From NCBI RefSeq assembly GCF_004010195.1, contig NC_057749.1:21070854-21134853 (forward strand): a stretch of 64,000 bases of DNA, in the 5' to 3' direction. The stretch is from Chiloscyllium plagiosum (Eukaryota). The number at the start of each line of letters is the position of its first letter. Within the stretch, counting starts at the first letter, position 1. Positions 43,301 to 51,289 of the stretch are shown piece after piece. The notes beneath the pieces are model-generated. The model ran no database searches. It had not been told where the DNA came from and saw only the letters and a list, made by a program, of their open reading frames with translations. The position numbers were made by a program, and so were the translations under genes.

Positions 43301-46298
43301 GCCACATCACGATTGTGAGTGCTTTACTAAGGGAGTGCTACCCTCACCTGAGGTGCCGACTTCTAGATCAGAAAAAAAAGTAGCCTAATCTGCCACCTTG
43401 GGCTGGCAAGTTAAAGATGCATGATATTATTCTGTAGAACTGGGGAATTATCCCCTTCAGCATCCTGGTCAATATTTCTTCTTACGAGGTTGGTGTGTAA
43501 AATTGTAAAATGGTGGGAGAGTGTGTGGTCCCTTTAAAAGATGGTGTTTTTTTCTATGTTTGACAGAAAAATGAACAGCAGCTTAAAGTGCAGGTTCAGA
43601 GAACACCCAAATTGAAACATTTGGTATCCAACAGGCAAGCAGCATTTTAACCAAGACAACAAGTCTTTTCAAATTTAGCCAATCAATTTAAACCAAGCCC
43701 TTAGATACTAAAAATCTATCAAATTTAAATCTGATGGTATGGACAACCTTGAACCAATTCAATTATGACGAAATTAATTGGTCATCAAGGGTATAAAGAT
43801 GAGCACATTTTAGAAAATTGAAGAGAAACAACTGCCAACTGAAGAGAAGAAAAACGCAACATCATGATATATTTAGTGTCAGACAAAAGGAATTACAGAG
43901 GAAACATCCCTTACAGCAGAATTCACAGAGAGAACATTCCTGTCACAAGATGGAGAAAAGCATTTCTGAAAGAGAGGGTGAGGAACATTCTGGAAAACAC
44001 ATTCGGTGTGAATTCTGAGCAACTAAGTTCTGAAATTTTTTATTGTTTTGTTTACATAAGTGCGGCCTGTGTTTACTGGAACAGCACACCAGTAGAATTT
44101 AATTCAGTTAGGGAATGGTTAGCAGTTGGGGGGAAATTTCTCGGTTTGTTAGTGGTTCTGTTATTTTGTCCACTGCTGGAGTAAGATAAATAAATTGTTA
44201 CTTGTTAATTATAGAGTGAGTGAAAGGATTCCATTTCATTTAACCACACCTTTATAACATTGTGGGGGGTGGGGAGGGTTGATAAGAGGTAGGTTATATT
44301 GCTTGTCACATCTCTTCATCAGATTATGAGATGAAGGGAGCTCCTCTGGGAGTTTCAATTTTAATTATCAAAGGGGCGTCGACCTCCATTTCATAACATT
44401 ATACTGTCAGCAAAATCCCCGCCTGATCAGCTGATTAGTCCTGACACTTGCATCTCCGCCCCACCCGATCATCTGCTTTCACTTTATGTCATACTCATCT
44501 GTCTTATTTCATCCTCACGTACCAACTTTGGCTTCAGTCTGCAGACACTCCATCACAAACGTCATTTGACTGCCCTCCCCCCAACACCACTTTGCCCTCT
44601 CGAGGAAATCTCTGAAGCCTCTCAGTTCTGATCACTCTCTTTTCTCATGTCTTTTCTTTTTGAAAAGGGCTTTATTTTTCTTTGCCATTTTAAACCCCTC
44701 AGATTGTCTTGCGTGTTTAGCCTTTTAAGCATAGTTTTTAGCATATCTCTCAGCATCCATGATTCCAAGCTGGTCATTATCACATCGTCACTTGAGACAG
44801 CTTAGAGTCACAGACCCTGACAGCATGGGAACAGGCCCTTTGGCCCAATGTAATGGAAAATGAACATTTTCTGTGAAATCTGAAAGAGAATACTTTGCTA
44901 AAACTACCACCTTGCTAAAATCTTAAGCAGTTAGCCCGACTTTGCTGGATTCTGCAAGCAGACAGCATGGCTTTGCAAGTCTTGCAAAACAGTCAAATTC
45001 AGCAAGAGGCAGGGAAAACATAAGCAATCATATCAACAGCAAAGGAATGAGAAAAACAATTCCATACGTGGAAAGAAGCCAGAATGTTTCCCAGCTCTTG
45101 TCCTTGAGCGTGCGATAAGGATAAGCAAAATGTATAAAAATAGGTGAAAGTTGTCCAGCCCCTTACAAGCGGCATCTTGCCAAGTGTATTGGGCCCCTGC
45201 TTTTTCTTTGCTCTTGCTAGCATTTAAGTTGAGTCAATTTAATGTCCATGACACCTAGCTTGTCCGTGCTGCCCAGTTTCACAATTAAACGAGTCCCATT
45301 TGCTTGTGTTTGGTCCATATCCCTCCATACCTATCCCATCCTTGCACCGGTCCAAATGTTTCCTAAATGATGAAATTGTACTCACCTTCACCAGTACCTC
45401 TGGAAGCCCACTACCTCCAGAGACTCACTACCCTCAGTGGGAAAACATTTACCCTCTGGACCCTTCTGTCTCTCTTCCCCTCACCTTAAATCTACATCCG
45501 CTAGTTTGAGACTCCCTTAGCCTGGGGAAAAGCTGTCAGCTATCTATTTTATCTATGTCTCTTGTGATTTTGTAGACCTCTATAAGGTCACCCCTCATTC
45601 TCATGCAACGCAGGGACAGAAGCCCCACCACCCAAAGCCTGGAGGAAGAACGCCTCGTCTTCCGCCTCGGAACACTTCAACCCCAGGGCATCAATGTGGA
45701 CTTCACCAGTTTCCTCATCTCCCCTCCCCCTACCTTACCCCAATTCCAACCTTCCAGCTCAGCACCGTCCTTATGACCTGTCCTACCTGCCAATCTTCCT
45801 TCCCACCTATCTGCTCCACCCTCCTCTCTGACTTATCACCTTCATCCCCACCTCCATCCACCTACTGTACTCTTAGCTACCTTCCCCCCAGCCCCACCTC
45901 CCTCCCATTTATCTCTCCACCCCGAAGACTCCCTGCCTTATTCCTGAAGAAGGGTTTATGCCCAAAACGTCGATTTTCCTGCTCCCTGGATGCTGCCTGA
46001 CCTGCTGTGCTTTGCCAGCACCACTCTAATCTTGACTCTGAGCTCCAGGATCTGCAGTACCCACTTTCGCCTAGAAGCCCCAGCCTGTCGTGTACAAATG
46101 GGCTGTCCCTTTAGCGCACATCACATTACAACAGAAACCACACTTTGTTTCCTCAGTCACAGTAAAGCGCTTTGGAATGTCATGAGAAGACATCGTGTAA
46201 TTCAGCCTCTCTTCCTTCGGGATTTAATCCTGATCCTTACCTGGCCTCTCTCTGGATTGCACGGTTGAACGTCTTTTAGACCGCTCCCCCCAGCTCAT
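2155..46298 (-). CDS. malt3: MALT1-family type-1 paracaspase, 5' portion (Ig1-Ig2-linker), probably a death-domain-less paralogue; spliced join(46241..46298,33839..33960,15239..15374,11971..12146,7945..8041,5085..5132,2155..2181), continues left of the window
   Basis: All introns are GT-AG with compatible phases (1,0,1,0,1,1,1). The translation [81 protein letters not shown].../[47 protein letters not shown].../[32 protein letters not shown] aligns by eye to the MALT1 Ig1-Ig2 region with the same intron positions. Family assignment is strong. The paralogue number (malt3 vs malt2, PCASP2 vs PCASP3) is from recall of teleost sequences and needs BLAST or phylogeny. Confidence 0.85.
2280..2612 (-). 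mobile_element. HE1-type V-SINE
   Basis: Full HE1 head, V-domain and tail in reverse orientation. Confidence 0.9.
2745..2943. mobile_element. Penelope-like pLTR hairpin mini-element
   Basis: Two inverted pLTR fragments flanked by an 18-bp TSD ctggctg(a/g)cctcaaagtc (2727-2744, 2944-2961). Confidence 0.8.
3985..4410 (-). mobile_element. CR1/HER1 LINE 3' fragment
   Basis: Same 3' CR1 sequence as the other copies. Confidence 0.8.
5085..5132 (-). CDS. malt3: Paracaspase linker mini-exon ([16 protein letters not shown])
   Basis: Long pyrimidine tract ending cttacag| and CAG|gtaaga donor; 48 nt, symmetric phase 1-1, open frame, at the position of the small MALT1 linker exons. Confidence 0.7.
6168..6782. 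mobile_element. Penelope-like element family B remnant (GIY-YIG fragment, inverted pLTR)
   Basis: Minus-strand [37 protein letters not shown] (GIY-YIG); pLTR ends in opposite orientations; hammerhead core at 6707-6740. Confidence 0.85.
7945..8041 (-). CDS. malt3: Paracaspase exon, Ig2 C-part ([32 protein letters not shown])
   Basis: ttctctctgcctag| acceptor and G|gtaaat donor; 97 nt, phase 0-1; HxGTYxCxVxN as in MALT1 Ig2. Confidence 0.93.
8410..10275 (+). mobile_element. CR1/HER1 LINE, 5'-truncated ORF2 with reverse transcriptase (disrupted)
   Basis: [44 protein letters not shown] and RRFTRMLPG motifs with stops and frameshifts, followed by 3'UTR. Confidence 0.95.
10640..11237 (+). mobile_element. 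CR1/HER1 LINE 3' fragment
   Basis: Degenerate ORF2 C-terminus and tail. Confidence 0.8.
11971..12146 (-). CDS. malt3: Paracaspase exon, Ig2 N-part ([59 protein letters not shown])
   Basis: aatcgcag| acceptor and GCG|gtaagt donor; 176 nt, phase 1-0; Ig I-set LxCxAxGxPxPxYQWYKN motif. Confidence 0.95.
12426..12738 (+). mobile_element. CR1 LINE fragment, forming an inverted pair with the CR1 at 12739-12791 plus 14123-14365
   Basis: [34 protein letters not shown] motif. Confidence 0.85.
12792..14122 (-). mobile_element. Penelope-like element (family A), truncated RT and partial GIY-YIG, inverted pLTRs, 14-bp TSD
   Basis: [40 protein letters not shown] and RLRRICS are PLE RT motifs. The termini 12792-12930 and 14019-14122 are inverted copies. 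TSD actttgtctattta at 12778-12791 and 14123-14136. Confidence 0.93.
14035..14062 (+). ncRNA. Minimal type-I hammerhead ribozyme motif in PLE pLTR
   Basis: CTGAAGA-A-GGGC-TTAT-GCCC-GAAAC-GTC. Confidence 0.65.
15239..15374 (-). CDS. malt3: Paracaspase exon, Ig1 C-half ([45 protein letters not shown])
   Basis: ggttacag| acceptor and G|gtaatg donor; 136 nt, phase 0-1; YVCRV...FSxW motif as in MALT1 Ig1. Confidence 0.92.
15690..16045 (+). mobile_element. tRNA-derived SINE family B (tail shared with the L2/Crack-like LINE)
   Basis: A/B-box-like head, ggcagatgg..gaatttgaattc body and gggcaataaatgctg tail. Confidence 0.7.
16105..16375 (+). mobile_element. CR1 LINE fragment
   Basis: [37 protein letters not shown]. 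Confidence 0.85.
17025..17335 (+). mobile_element. tRNA-derived SINE family B
   Basis: ggcctagaggtattatc...gggttcaaatcc...gggcaattagggatgggcaataaatgctggcc. Confidence 0.75.
18668..18960 (+). mobile_element. HE1-type V-SINE inserted in an old CR1
   Basis: Full HE1 consensus; CR1 3' sequence on both sides. Confidence 0.9.
19527..19703. mobile_element. Penelope pLTR hairpin mini-element
   Basis: Inverted pLTR pair; 11-bp TSD agaattgtgat (19516-19526, 19704-19714). Confidence 0.85.
20015..21680 (-). mobile_element. CR1/HER1 LINE (RT to 3' end), interrupted by an HE1 SINE at 21166-21447
   Basis: [36 protein letters not shown] motifs and 3' tail. Confidence 0.9.
21166..21447 (+). mobile_element. 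HE1-type V-SINE (internal deletion)
   Basis: HE1 head and tail. Confidence 0.88.
21774..22273. other. Assembly gap (500 N)
   Basis: Run of N. Confidence 1.
22860..23020 (+). mobile_element. DeuSINE (SacSINE1-like) remnant
   Basis: ggttcaagccccactccagag..ggctgacactccag.gcagtactga..agtgctgca resembles the Deu-domain SINE core as I recall it. Confidence 0.6.
23040..23580 (+). mobile_element. Rex1/Babar LINE 3' fragment
   Basis: [44 protein letters not shown] and an aataataaatc tail. Confidence 0.8.
23990..24460 (+). mobile_element. HE1-type SINE with internally amplified ~50-bp unit
   Basis: HE1 head followed by five diverged gatgtgcaggttaggtggattggccatgggaaat units. Confidence 0.8.
24970..25064. 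mobile_element. Penelope pLTR hairpin fragment with hammerhead core, flanked by a 92-bp direct duplication
   Basis: 24878-24969 is identical to 25065-25156; core CTGAAGA-A-GGGC-TAAT-GCCC-GAAAC-GTC at 25036-25063. Confidence 0.85.
26027..26336 (+). mobile_element. HE1-type V-SINE
   Basis: HE1 consensus with ctaatct tail. Confidence 0.9.
26936..27849. repeat. 38-bp minisatellite, about 24 copies (GACATGGCAGTAATATAGACATACAGGCCAGACCCAGA)
   Basis: Head-to-tail near-identical units with no unique spacers. Confidence 0.97.
28287..28391. repeat. Compound (CA)n/(CT)n microsatellite
   Basis: Directly visible. Confidence 0.9.
28395..28690 (+). mobile_element. HE1-type V-SINE (5' truncated)
   Basis: HE1 body and tail. 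Confidence 0.85.
31240..31600 (-). mobile_element. CR1/HER1 LINE 3' end
   Basis: [35 protein letters not shown]. Confidence 0.88.
31988..32300 (+). mobile_element. HE1-type V-SINE
   Basis: Near-consensus full copy. Confidence 0.92.
33460..33670 (-). mobile_element. SINE family B 3' part
   Basis: ggccagcatttattgcccat...gagtcacatgtaggccagaccaggtaaggatggca. Confidence 0.7.
33839..33960 (-). CDS. malt3: Paracaspase exon, Ig1 N-half ([41 protein letters not shown])
   Basis: cccctgcag| acceptor and GAG|gtaagt donor; 122 nt, phase 1-0; equivalent to MALT1 GIKITVNPESKAV...YQWFKMNKE. Confidence 0.93.
35225..35790 (-). mobile_element. CR1/HER1 LINE 3' fragment
   Basis: [40 protein letters not shown]. 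Confidence 0.88.
36909..37097 (+). mobile_element. Penelope pLTR fragment
   Basis: 11-bp TSD ggcctgaggag (36898-36908, 37098-37108); contains an intact hammerhead core. Confidence 0.85.
37009..37036 (+). ncRNA. Minimal type-I hammerhead ribozyme motif
   Basis: CTGATGA-A-GGGC-TTTT-GCCC-GAAAC-GTC. Confidence 0.7.
37410..37722 (+). mobile_element. HE1-type V-SINE
   Basis: HE1 body with aatct tail. Confidence 0.88.
39000..40130 (-). mobile_element. CR1 LINE fragment (second subfamily) with an unrelated insert at about 39155-39365
   Basis: [25 protein letters not shown] and [26 protein letters not shown]. Confidence 0.85.
41152..41462 (-). mobile_element. HE1-type V-SINE
   Basis: Full reverse copy. 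Confidence 0.9.
41485..42285 (+). mobile_element. SINE family B interrupted by a minus-strand CR1 3' fragment (about 41531-41970)
   Basis: SINE head at 41485-41530; the SINE resumes at about 41990; the CR1 tail catagaac lies between. Confidence 0.75.
43480..44398 (+). mobile_element. Solo LTR (Gypsy- or ERV-type) inserted in a DeuSINE remnant
   Basis: Termini tcttacg (from tgttacg) ... cataaca; 4-bp TSD ttct/ttat; internal TATAAA (about 43792) and AATAAA (about 44189). Confidence 0.6.
45628..46072 (+). mobile_element. Penelope-like element 3' fragment inserted in CR1
   Basis: [19 protein letters not shown]-terminus plus pLTR; TSD agaagcccca (45618-45627, 46073-46082). Confidence 0.85.
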
Positions 46299-46430
46299 TC
46301 TCCTCCTGGCCAGAATCTCTTCCGGTTCCCTCGTTTGTGCCTTTTCAAGGGGAAGGCTGTCTGTGCATCCTTTTGGCTTTGTTGACAGAAAGATGACTGG
46401 GTCATCCGAAAAGGATTCACTGTTATGTGA
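46241..46430 (-). CDS. malt3: Putative upstream or first coding exon of the paracaspase (SHNSESFSDD...[24 protein letters not shown]; candidate start ATG at 46298)
   Basis: Strong pyrimidine tract and acceptor (ctctctccttttccag), donor CAG|gtaagg, 190 nt open in frame 0 and ending in phase 1, which matches the next exon. No recognisable domain. Confidence 0.55.
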
Positions 46431-46577
46431 CTGGAAAAGGAGAGAGAGAGAGACAGACAGACAGAGAGTGGGCTTGCATTAATAAATTCTCATATTAGTC
46501 ACTCAGTAGGCTGGCAAACCTCCTGATCCCCCAGGACACAAGAAGTCAAAGCAAACAGCACAACCACATCCGTCTCC

Positions 46578-46632
46578 ATTTATAGACTCACACTGGGCTC
46601 AGACCCAAGCTGGGAAAAGTCCCTCGGTTTCC
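46578..46632 (-). promoter_or_regulatory. Candidate proximal promoter: TATA box, kappaB-like site and NFAT-like GGAAA
   Basis: Minus strand TATAAAT (46578-46584), GGGACTTTTCCC (46612-46623) and TGGAAA just upstream, about 150-200 nt 5' of the 46241-46430 exon, in non-repeat sequence. Motif match only. Confidence 0.3.
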
Positions 46633-47289
46633 ATTGCTTTGGCATACCCTGTACAAATCAGCTTCCTACACCACACCTCTCTTATAGATACTCTCAGGCT
46701 GTGTAGCAGAACTTTATTTCTCGACAGTCATTTTGAAAAAGGAACATGCCCTGCATTTCTACACTGAAGGCCACTATGTATCGGACAGCTCAGAAACCCT
46801 GCTGATTGATCTGCCTATGGGGCTGAAGCACTCTGAACCCATCCGTCCCATCTGACTTGTAGCCAAGAAAATAAAGTTGCTGCTTTCATTGGTGGTCATG
46901 TGGGCAGAGCACTGTGCGGGTGGGGATGAAATATCACTCAGTCTACACAAACTTCCAACCTGGCAGCAGCTCATTGGCTGTGATGAGAGCTGGAAGGTGC
47001 AGTATAAACCGGGGTTCTCCTCCTTTCAAACCAGAACCTCTCTGTATTGGGAACAAGGTGTTGGGAGACAATGAGGATCCAGTGTAGCCGGAGGTACTGT
47101 CCACAGCAGGGTCTAACACCCAGCCTTACACAACGGCACTGTTAATGGATCGTGTCTGCAGTCACTGCTGTAGGGGAACTGGGCCAACTTTACAAACAGA
47201 GACTGTCTCACATAATTCTCCGTAACTCTGTATGGAAAATAAACCCGCAATGATTAGGTGGTTCGGTTGCTTTTTGAGCATGGAGTTTG

Positions 47290-47603
47290 ATTAGATTTTG
47301 ATTAGATTCCCTACAGTGTGGAAACAGGCCCTTCGGCCCAGCCAGTCCACACCGACCCTCTGAAGAATAACCCACCCAGACCCATTTCCCTCTGACTAAT
47401 GCACCTAACAGTATGGGCAATTTAGCATGGCCAATTCACCTGACCAGCACATCTTTGGGAGGAAACCGGAGCACCCGGAGGGAACACACACAGACACGGA
47501 GAGAATGTACAAAGTCCACACAGTCAGTCGCCCAAGGCTGGAATCGAACCTGGGACCCTGATGCTGTGAGGCAGCAGTGCTAACCACTGAGTCACCGTGC
47601 TGC
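47290..47603 (-). mobile_element. HE1-type V-SINE
   Basis: Full reverse copy. Confidence 0.9.
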
Positions 47604-48164
47604 CTGCTCTGATTGCTCTGGTCCATTGAGACTCAGGCGAAGTTGACCGTTGGGGGCCTTTACGGCGCAGTGGTAATGTCCATGCCTCTGAGCCAGGAGG
47701 ATTAGGTTCAAGTGTGTAAACATGCCTGAACAGGTTAGGTAGGAAATACCTGAAGTAGACTGTTTCCTGTCAACCTCCACGCACCTCCCCCCTCCACCCC
47801 CCAAACTTCTGGACAGCAAATGTGATATCTTTCCTCGGTTTGACCGTAGATGACTCTAGGCCGGTTGCCCTGCCCACTCGCACCTCTTCCCCCCCACCCC
47901 CCCAACACACACAAAAACTCCACACACAGTCACACAAAAGCATGACCGAACAGCCAGTTAGGGATAAAACTGAATGTAGCAACTGGCACTGAACTGGGCA
48001 GGGACATCAATGGCAGGGCACCCTGCACGTGCCCTCCTCACTGGTGCTTGGAACCTCATGCATACATCTCGCGGACTGGTCAAGTGCAGCCATACCCAAC
48101 AAACCTACTGAAAGGTACTGCCCAAGTCCAGGACTCTCCCTTTATTATCCCTTGGTCTGTCCTC

Positions 48165-48635
48165 ATAGATTCTCTACAGTGTGGAAACAGGCCCTTCGGC
48201 TTAACAAGTCCACACCGACCCTCTGAAGAGCAACCCACCCAGAACCATTCCCCTACCCTATTACCTTGATTAATACACCTAACCTACACATCCCTGAATA
48301 CTAATGGGCAATTCAGCCTGACTAAATCACCCTAACTTGCACGGTGGCTCAGTGTTAGCACTGCTGCCTCACAGCGCCAGGGGCCTGGGTTCGATTCCTG
48401 CCTCAGGCCACTGTCTGTGTGGGGTTTGCACATTCTCCCCGTGTCTGCGTGGGATTCCTCCGGGTGCTCCGGTTTCCTTCCACAATCCAACCCAAAGATG
48501 TGCAGGGTCAGGTGAATTGGCCGTGCTAAATTGCGCATAGTGTTAGGTGCATTAGTCAGAGGTAAATATTGGGGAATGGGTCTGGGTGGGTTACTCTTCG
48601 GAGGGTAGGTGTGGACTGGTTGGGCCGAATGGGCT
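48165..48635. mobile_element. Two adjacent HE1 SINEs in opposite orientation (minus 3' half 48165-48332; plus 48338-48635)
   Basis: HE1 consensus matches. Confidence 0.85.
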
Positions 48636-49299
48636 GTGGATTGTGAAGGAGATGGAGTCAGGTGGCACTGAGCTATAAAAAGCGAGAGTCACCGTAGACC
48701 TACCAGACCAAAGGGCTGCTCCCTTGTTAAAGAGAAACAGACAACTGGGTGCGGCTTTAACCCAAGGGTCAGCCCGTCTCAGGGAGAGGTTGAGAAAGAG
48801 AGTCCTTTGGGGTAACCTCAGTTGGTGCAGGAATTGAACCCACACTGTTAGCAGTCCTCTGCATCACCAACCAGCCATCCGGCCAATTGAGCTAACCGAA
48901 CCCCTAGCCATAATAATACGAATTCTCAATATGGATTCATGAAGCTGCACAGCATCAAGTCAAACACAGGTATGGAGTGACACTTATTAATCAGCAGCCA
49001 GCACCCTCTACCTCAGGCGATGGATCAGAGCTCCATTTGGAGGAAGCCCTGACAGGAGCAACTGTGGAGGATGGAGAATTTTCTAACTAACACACCCAGA
49101 AACATTAATACACAGCTCTGGAGTAGGTGGGGTATGACTATGGACCACCTAGCTCAGAGATTTGGACACTACCACAGTGCCACAAACTCCAGGTGGGTGG
49201 GTGCTGGGTGCCCTCAATATCCATCCCAGTGCCTGCCCAGGATCACTGGAAGTGACAGAGCTGGGCAAATACTAGGACAGATAGGGGAGGGGAGGGACA

Positions 49300-49850
49300 G
49301 CGTTCCGAAAAGACCACTCCCTCCGTGACTCCCTCGTCAGGTCCACACCCCCCCCCACCAACCCAACCTCCACTCCCGGCACCTTCCCCTGCAACCGCAA
49401 GAAATGCAAAACTTGCGCNNNNNNNNNNNNNNNNNNNNNNNNNNNNNNNNNNNNNNNNNNNNNNNNNNNNNNNNNNNNNNNNNNNNNNNNNNNNNNNNNN
49501 NNNNNNNNNNNNNNNNNNNNNNNNNNNNNNNNNNNNNNNNNNNNNNNNNNNNNNNNNNNNNNNNNNNNNNNNNNNNNNNNNNNNNNNNNNNNNNNNNNNN
49601 NNNNNNNNNNNNNNNNNNNNNNNNNNNNNNNNNNNNNNNNNNNNNNNNNNNNNNNNNNNNNNNNNNNNNNNNNNNNNNNNNNNNNNNNNNNNNNNNNNNN
49701 NNNNNNNNNNNNNNNNNNNNNNNNNNNNNNNNNNNNNNNNNNNNNNNNNGTCGATTCTCCTGTTCCTTGGATGCTGCCTGACCTGCTGCGCTTTTCCAGC
49801 AACACATTTTCAGCTCTGATCTCCAGCATCTGCAGCCCTCACTTTCTCTC
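49300..49850 (+). mobile_element. Penelope-like element spanning the 331-N gap (49419-49749)
   Basis: [30 protein letters not shown] before the gap; pLTR after it. Confidence 0.85.
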
Positions 49851-50294
49851 AAAGAAGCTACAACACAGGACCACTTTCATGTCAAACTGGGGAAGTAGCA
49901 AACGTTAACGTGACAAGTGAAATAGTAAGGGCCAAGAGAGCCAACAAACCAACAGATCAGGAAGTTGAAAGCTCTGCAGTCACAGAATCAACATAGGAAG
50001 ACGCTGCCTGGCCCCTCATCTGTGTCCATCTCCCTAGCTTTTCACCACAGCCCTGAAAATTTCTCTCATTTGGTAACTACCGAATTCCCACAACTGATTC
50101 CACCTGCAGCACACACACAGGCAGCACGGATCCTCAGATCCTCACCATGCGCTGCATCATCTTACTTTCATTCACTGTAATCATCCCCCCCCCCCCCCCT
50201 GGTTCTCCAGCGATCTGACAAAGTTTCCTGTGATCTCCTCTGCCCAAGTTCCTCAGGATTTTCAGCACCCCGATTAAATCCCCTGCTCCACCTT

Positions 50295-50792
50295 CATAGA
50301 GTCCCGACAGTGTGGAAACAGGCCCTTCGGCCCAGCAAGTCCACACCCACCCTCTGAAAAGTAACCCACCCAGACCCATTCCCCTACCCTATTAGTCTAC
50401 ATTTACCCCTGACTAATGCACCTAGACATCCCTGGACACTATGGGCAATTTAGCATGGCCAATTCACCTGACCTGCACATCTATGACAATTGATTAGATT
50501 ACTTACAGTGTGGAAACAGGCCCTTCGGCCCAACAAGTCCACACCGCCCCGCCGAAGCACAACCCACCCATACCCCTACATGTACCCCTTACCTAACACT
50601 ATGGGCAATTTAGCATGGCCAATTCACCTGACCTGCACATCTTTGGAGTGTGGGAGGAAACCGGAGCACCCGGAGGAAACCCACGCAGACACGGGGAGAA
50701 TGTGCAAACTCCACACAGTCAGTCGCCTGAGGCGGGAATCGAACCCGGGTCTCAGGCGCTGTGAGGCAGCAGTGCTAACCACTGTGCCACCG
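50295..50792 (-). mobile_element. Tandem HE1 SINEs (3' half 50295-50482; full copy 50490-50792)
   Basis: HE1 consensus matches. Confidence 0.88.
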
Positions 50793-51289
50793 TTCCACGC
50801 CAAGGAACAGCCATGGTTTCTCCAGTCCAACCACATAATTTTGCTTGTGTTAGTTAATCATCGACAGTGGGCAGCGTTCCACCTGCAGCCCAGGACTTCT
50901 CCTCAATATCACCCAGTGATAGGGACTCATGCGGTGGGCAAGGATCTGGGCTCAGGCTAAATCAAGGCTGAGGCATTTGCAATCAGCTTGAGCCAGAAGG
51001 CCCAGGTGGATGACCCATCTCGGCCTCCTCCAGTGGTCCCCACCATCACAGGCACCAGTCTTCAGCCAATTCGATTCACTCCAGGCAACATTAAGCAGTT
51101 GGAGCCACTGGATAATGCAAAGTGTAGTAGATTCAGATACATTTAGGACATTTAAGCAACTCTTGGATAGGCACAAGGATGATAGTAAAATGTAGGGTAT
51201 GTAAGTTTGTTTGATCTTAGAGTAGAATAAAGGCCTGCACAATATCAAGGGCCGAAGGGCCTGCACTGTGTGTACTGTTCTATGTTCTA

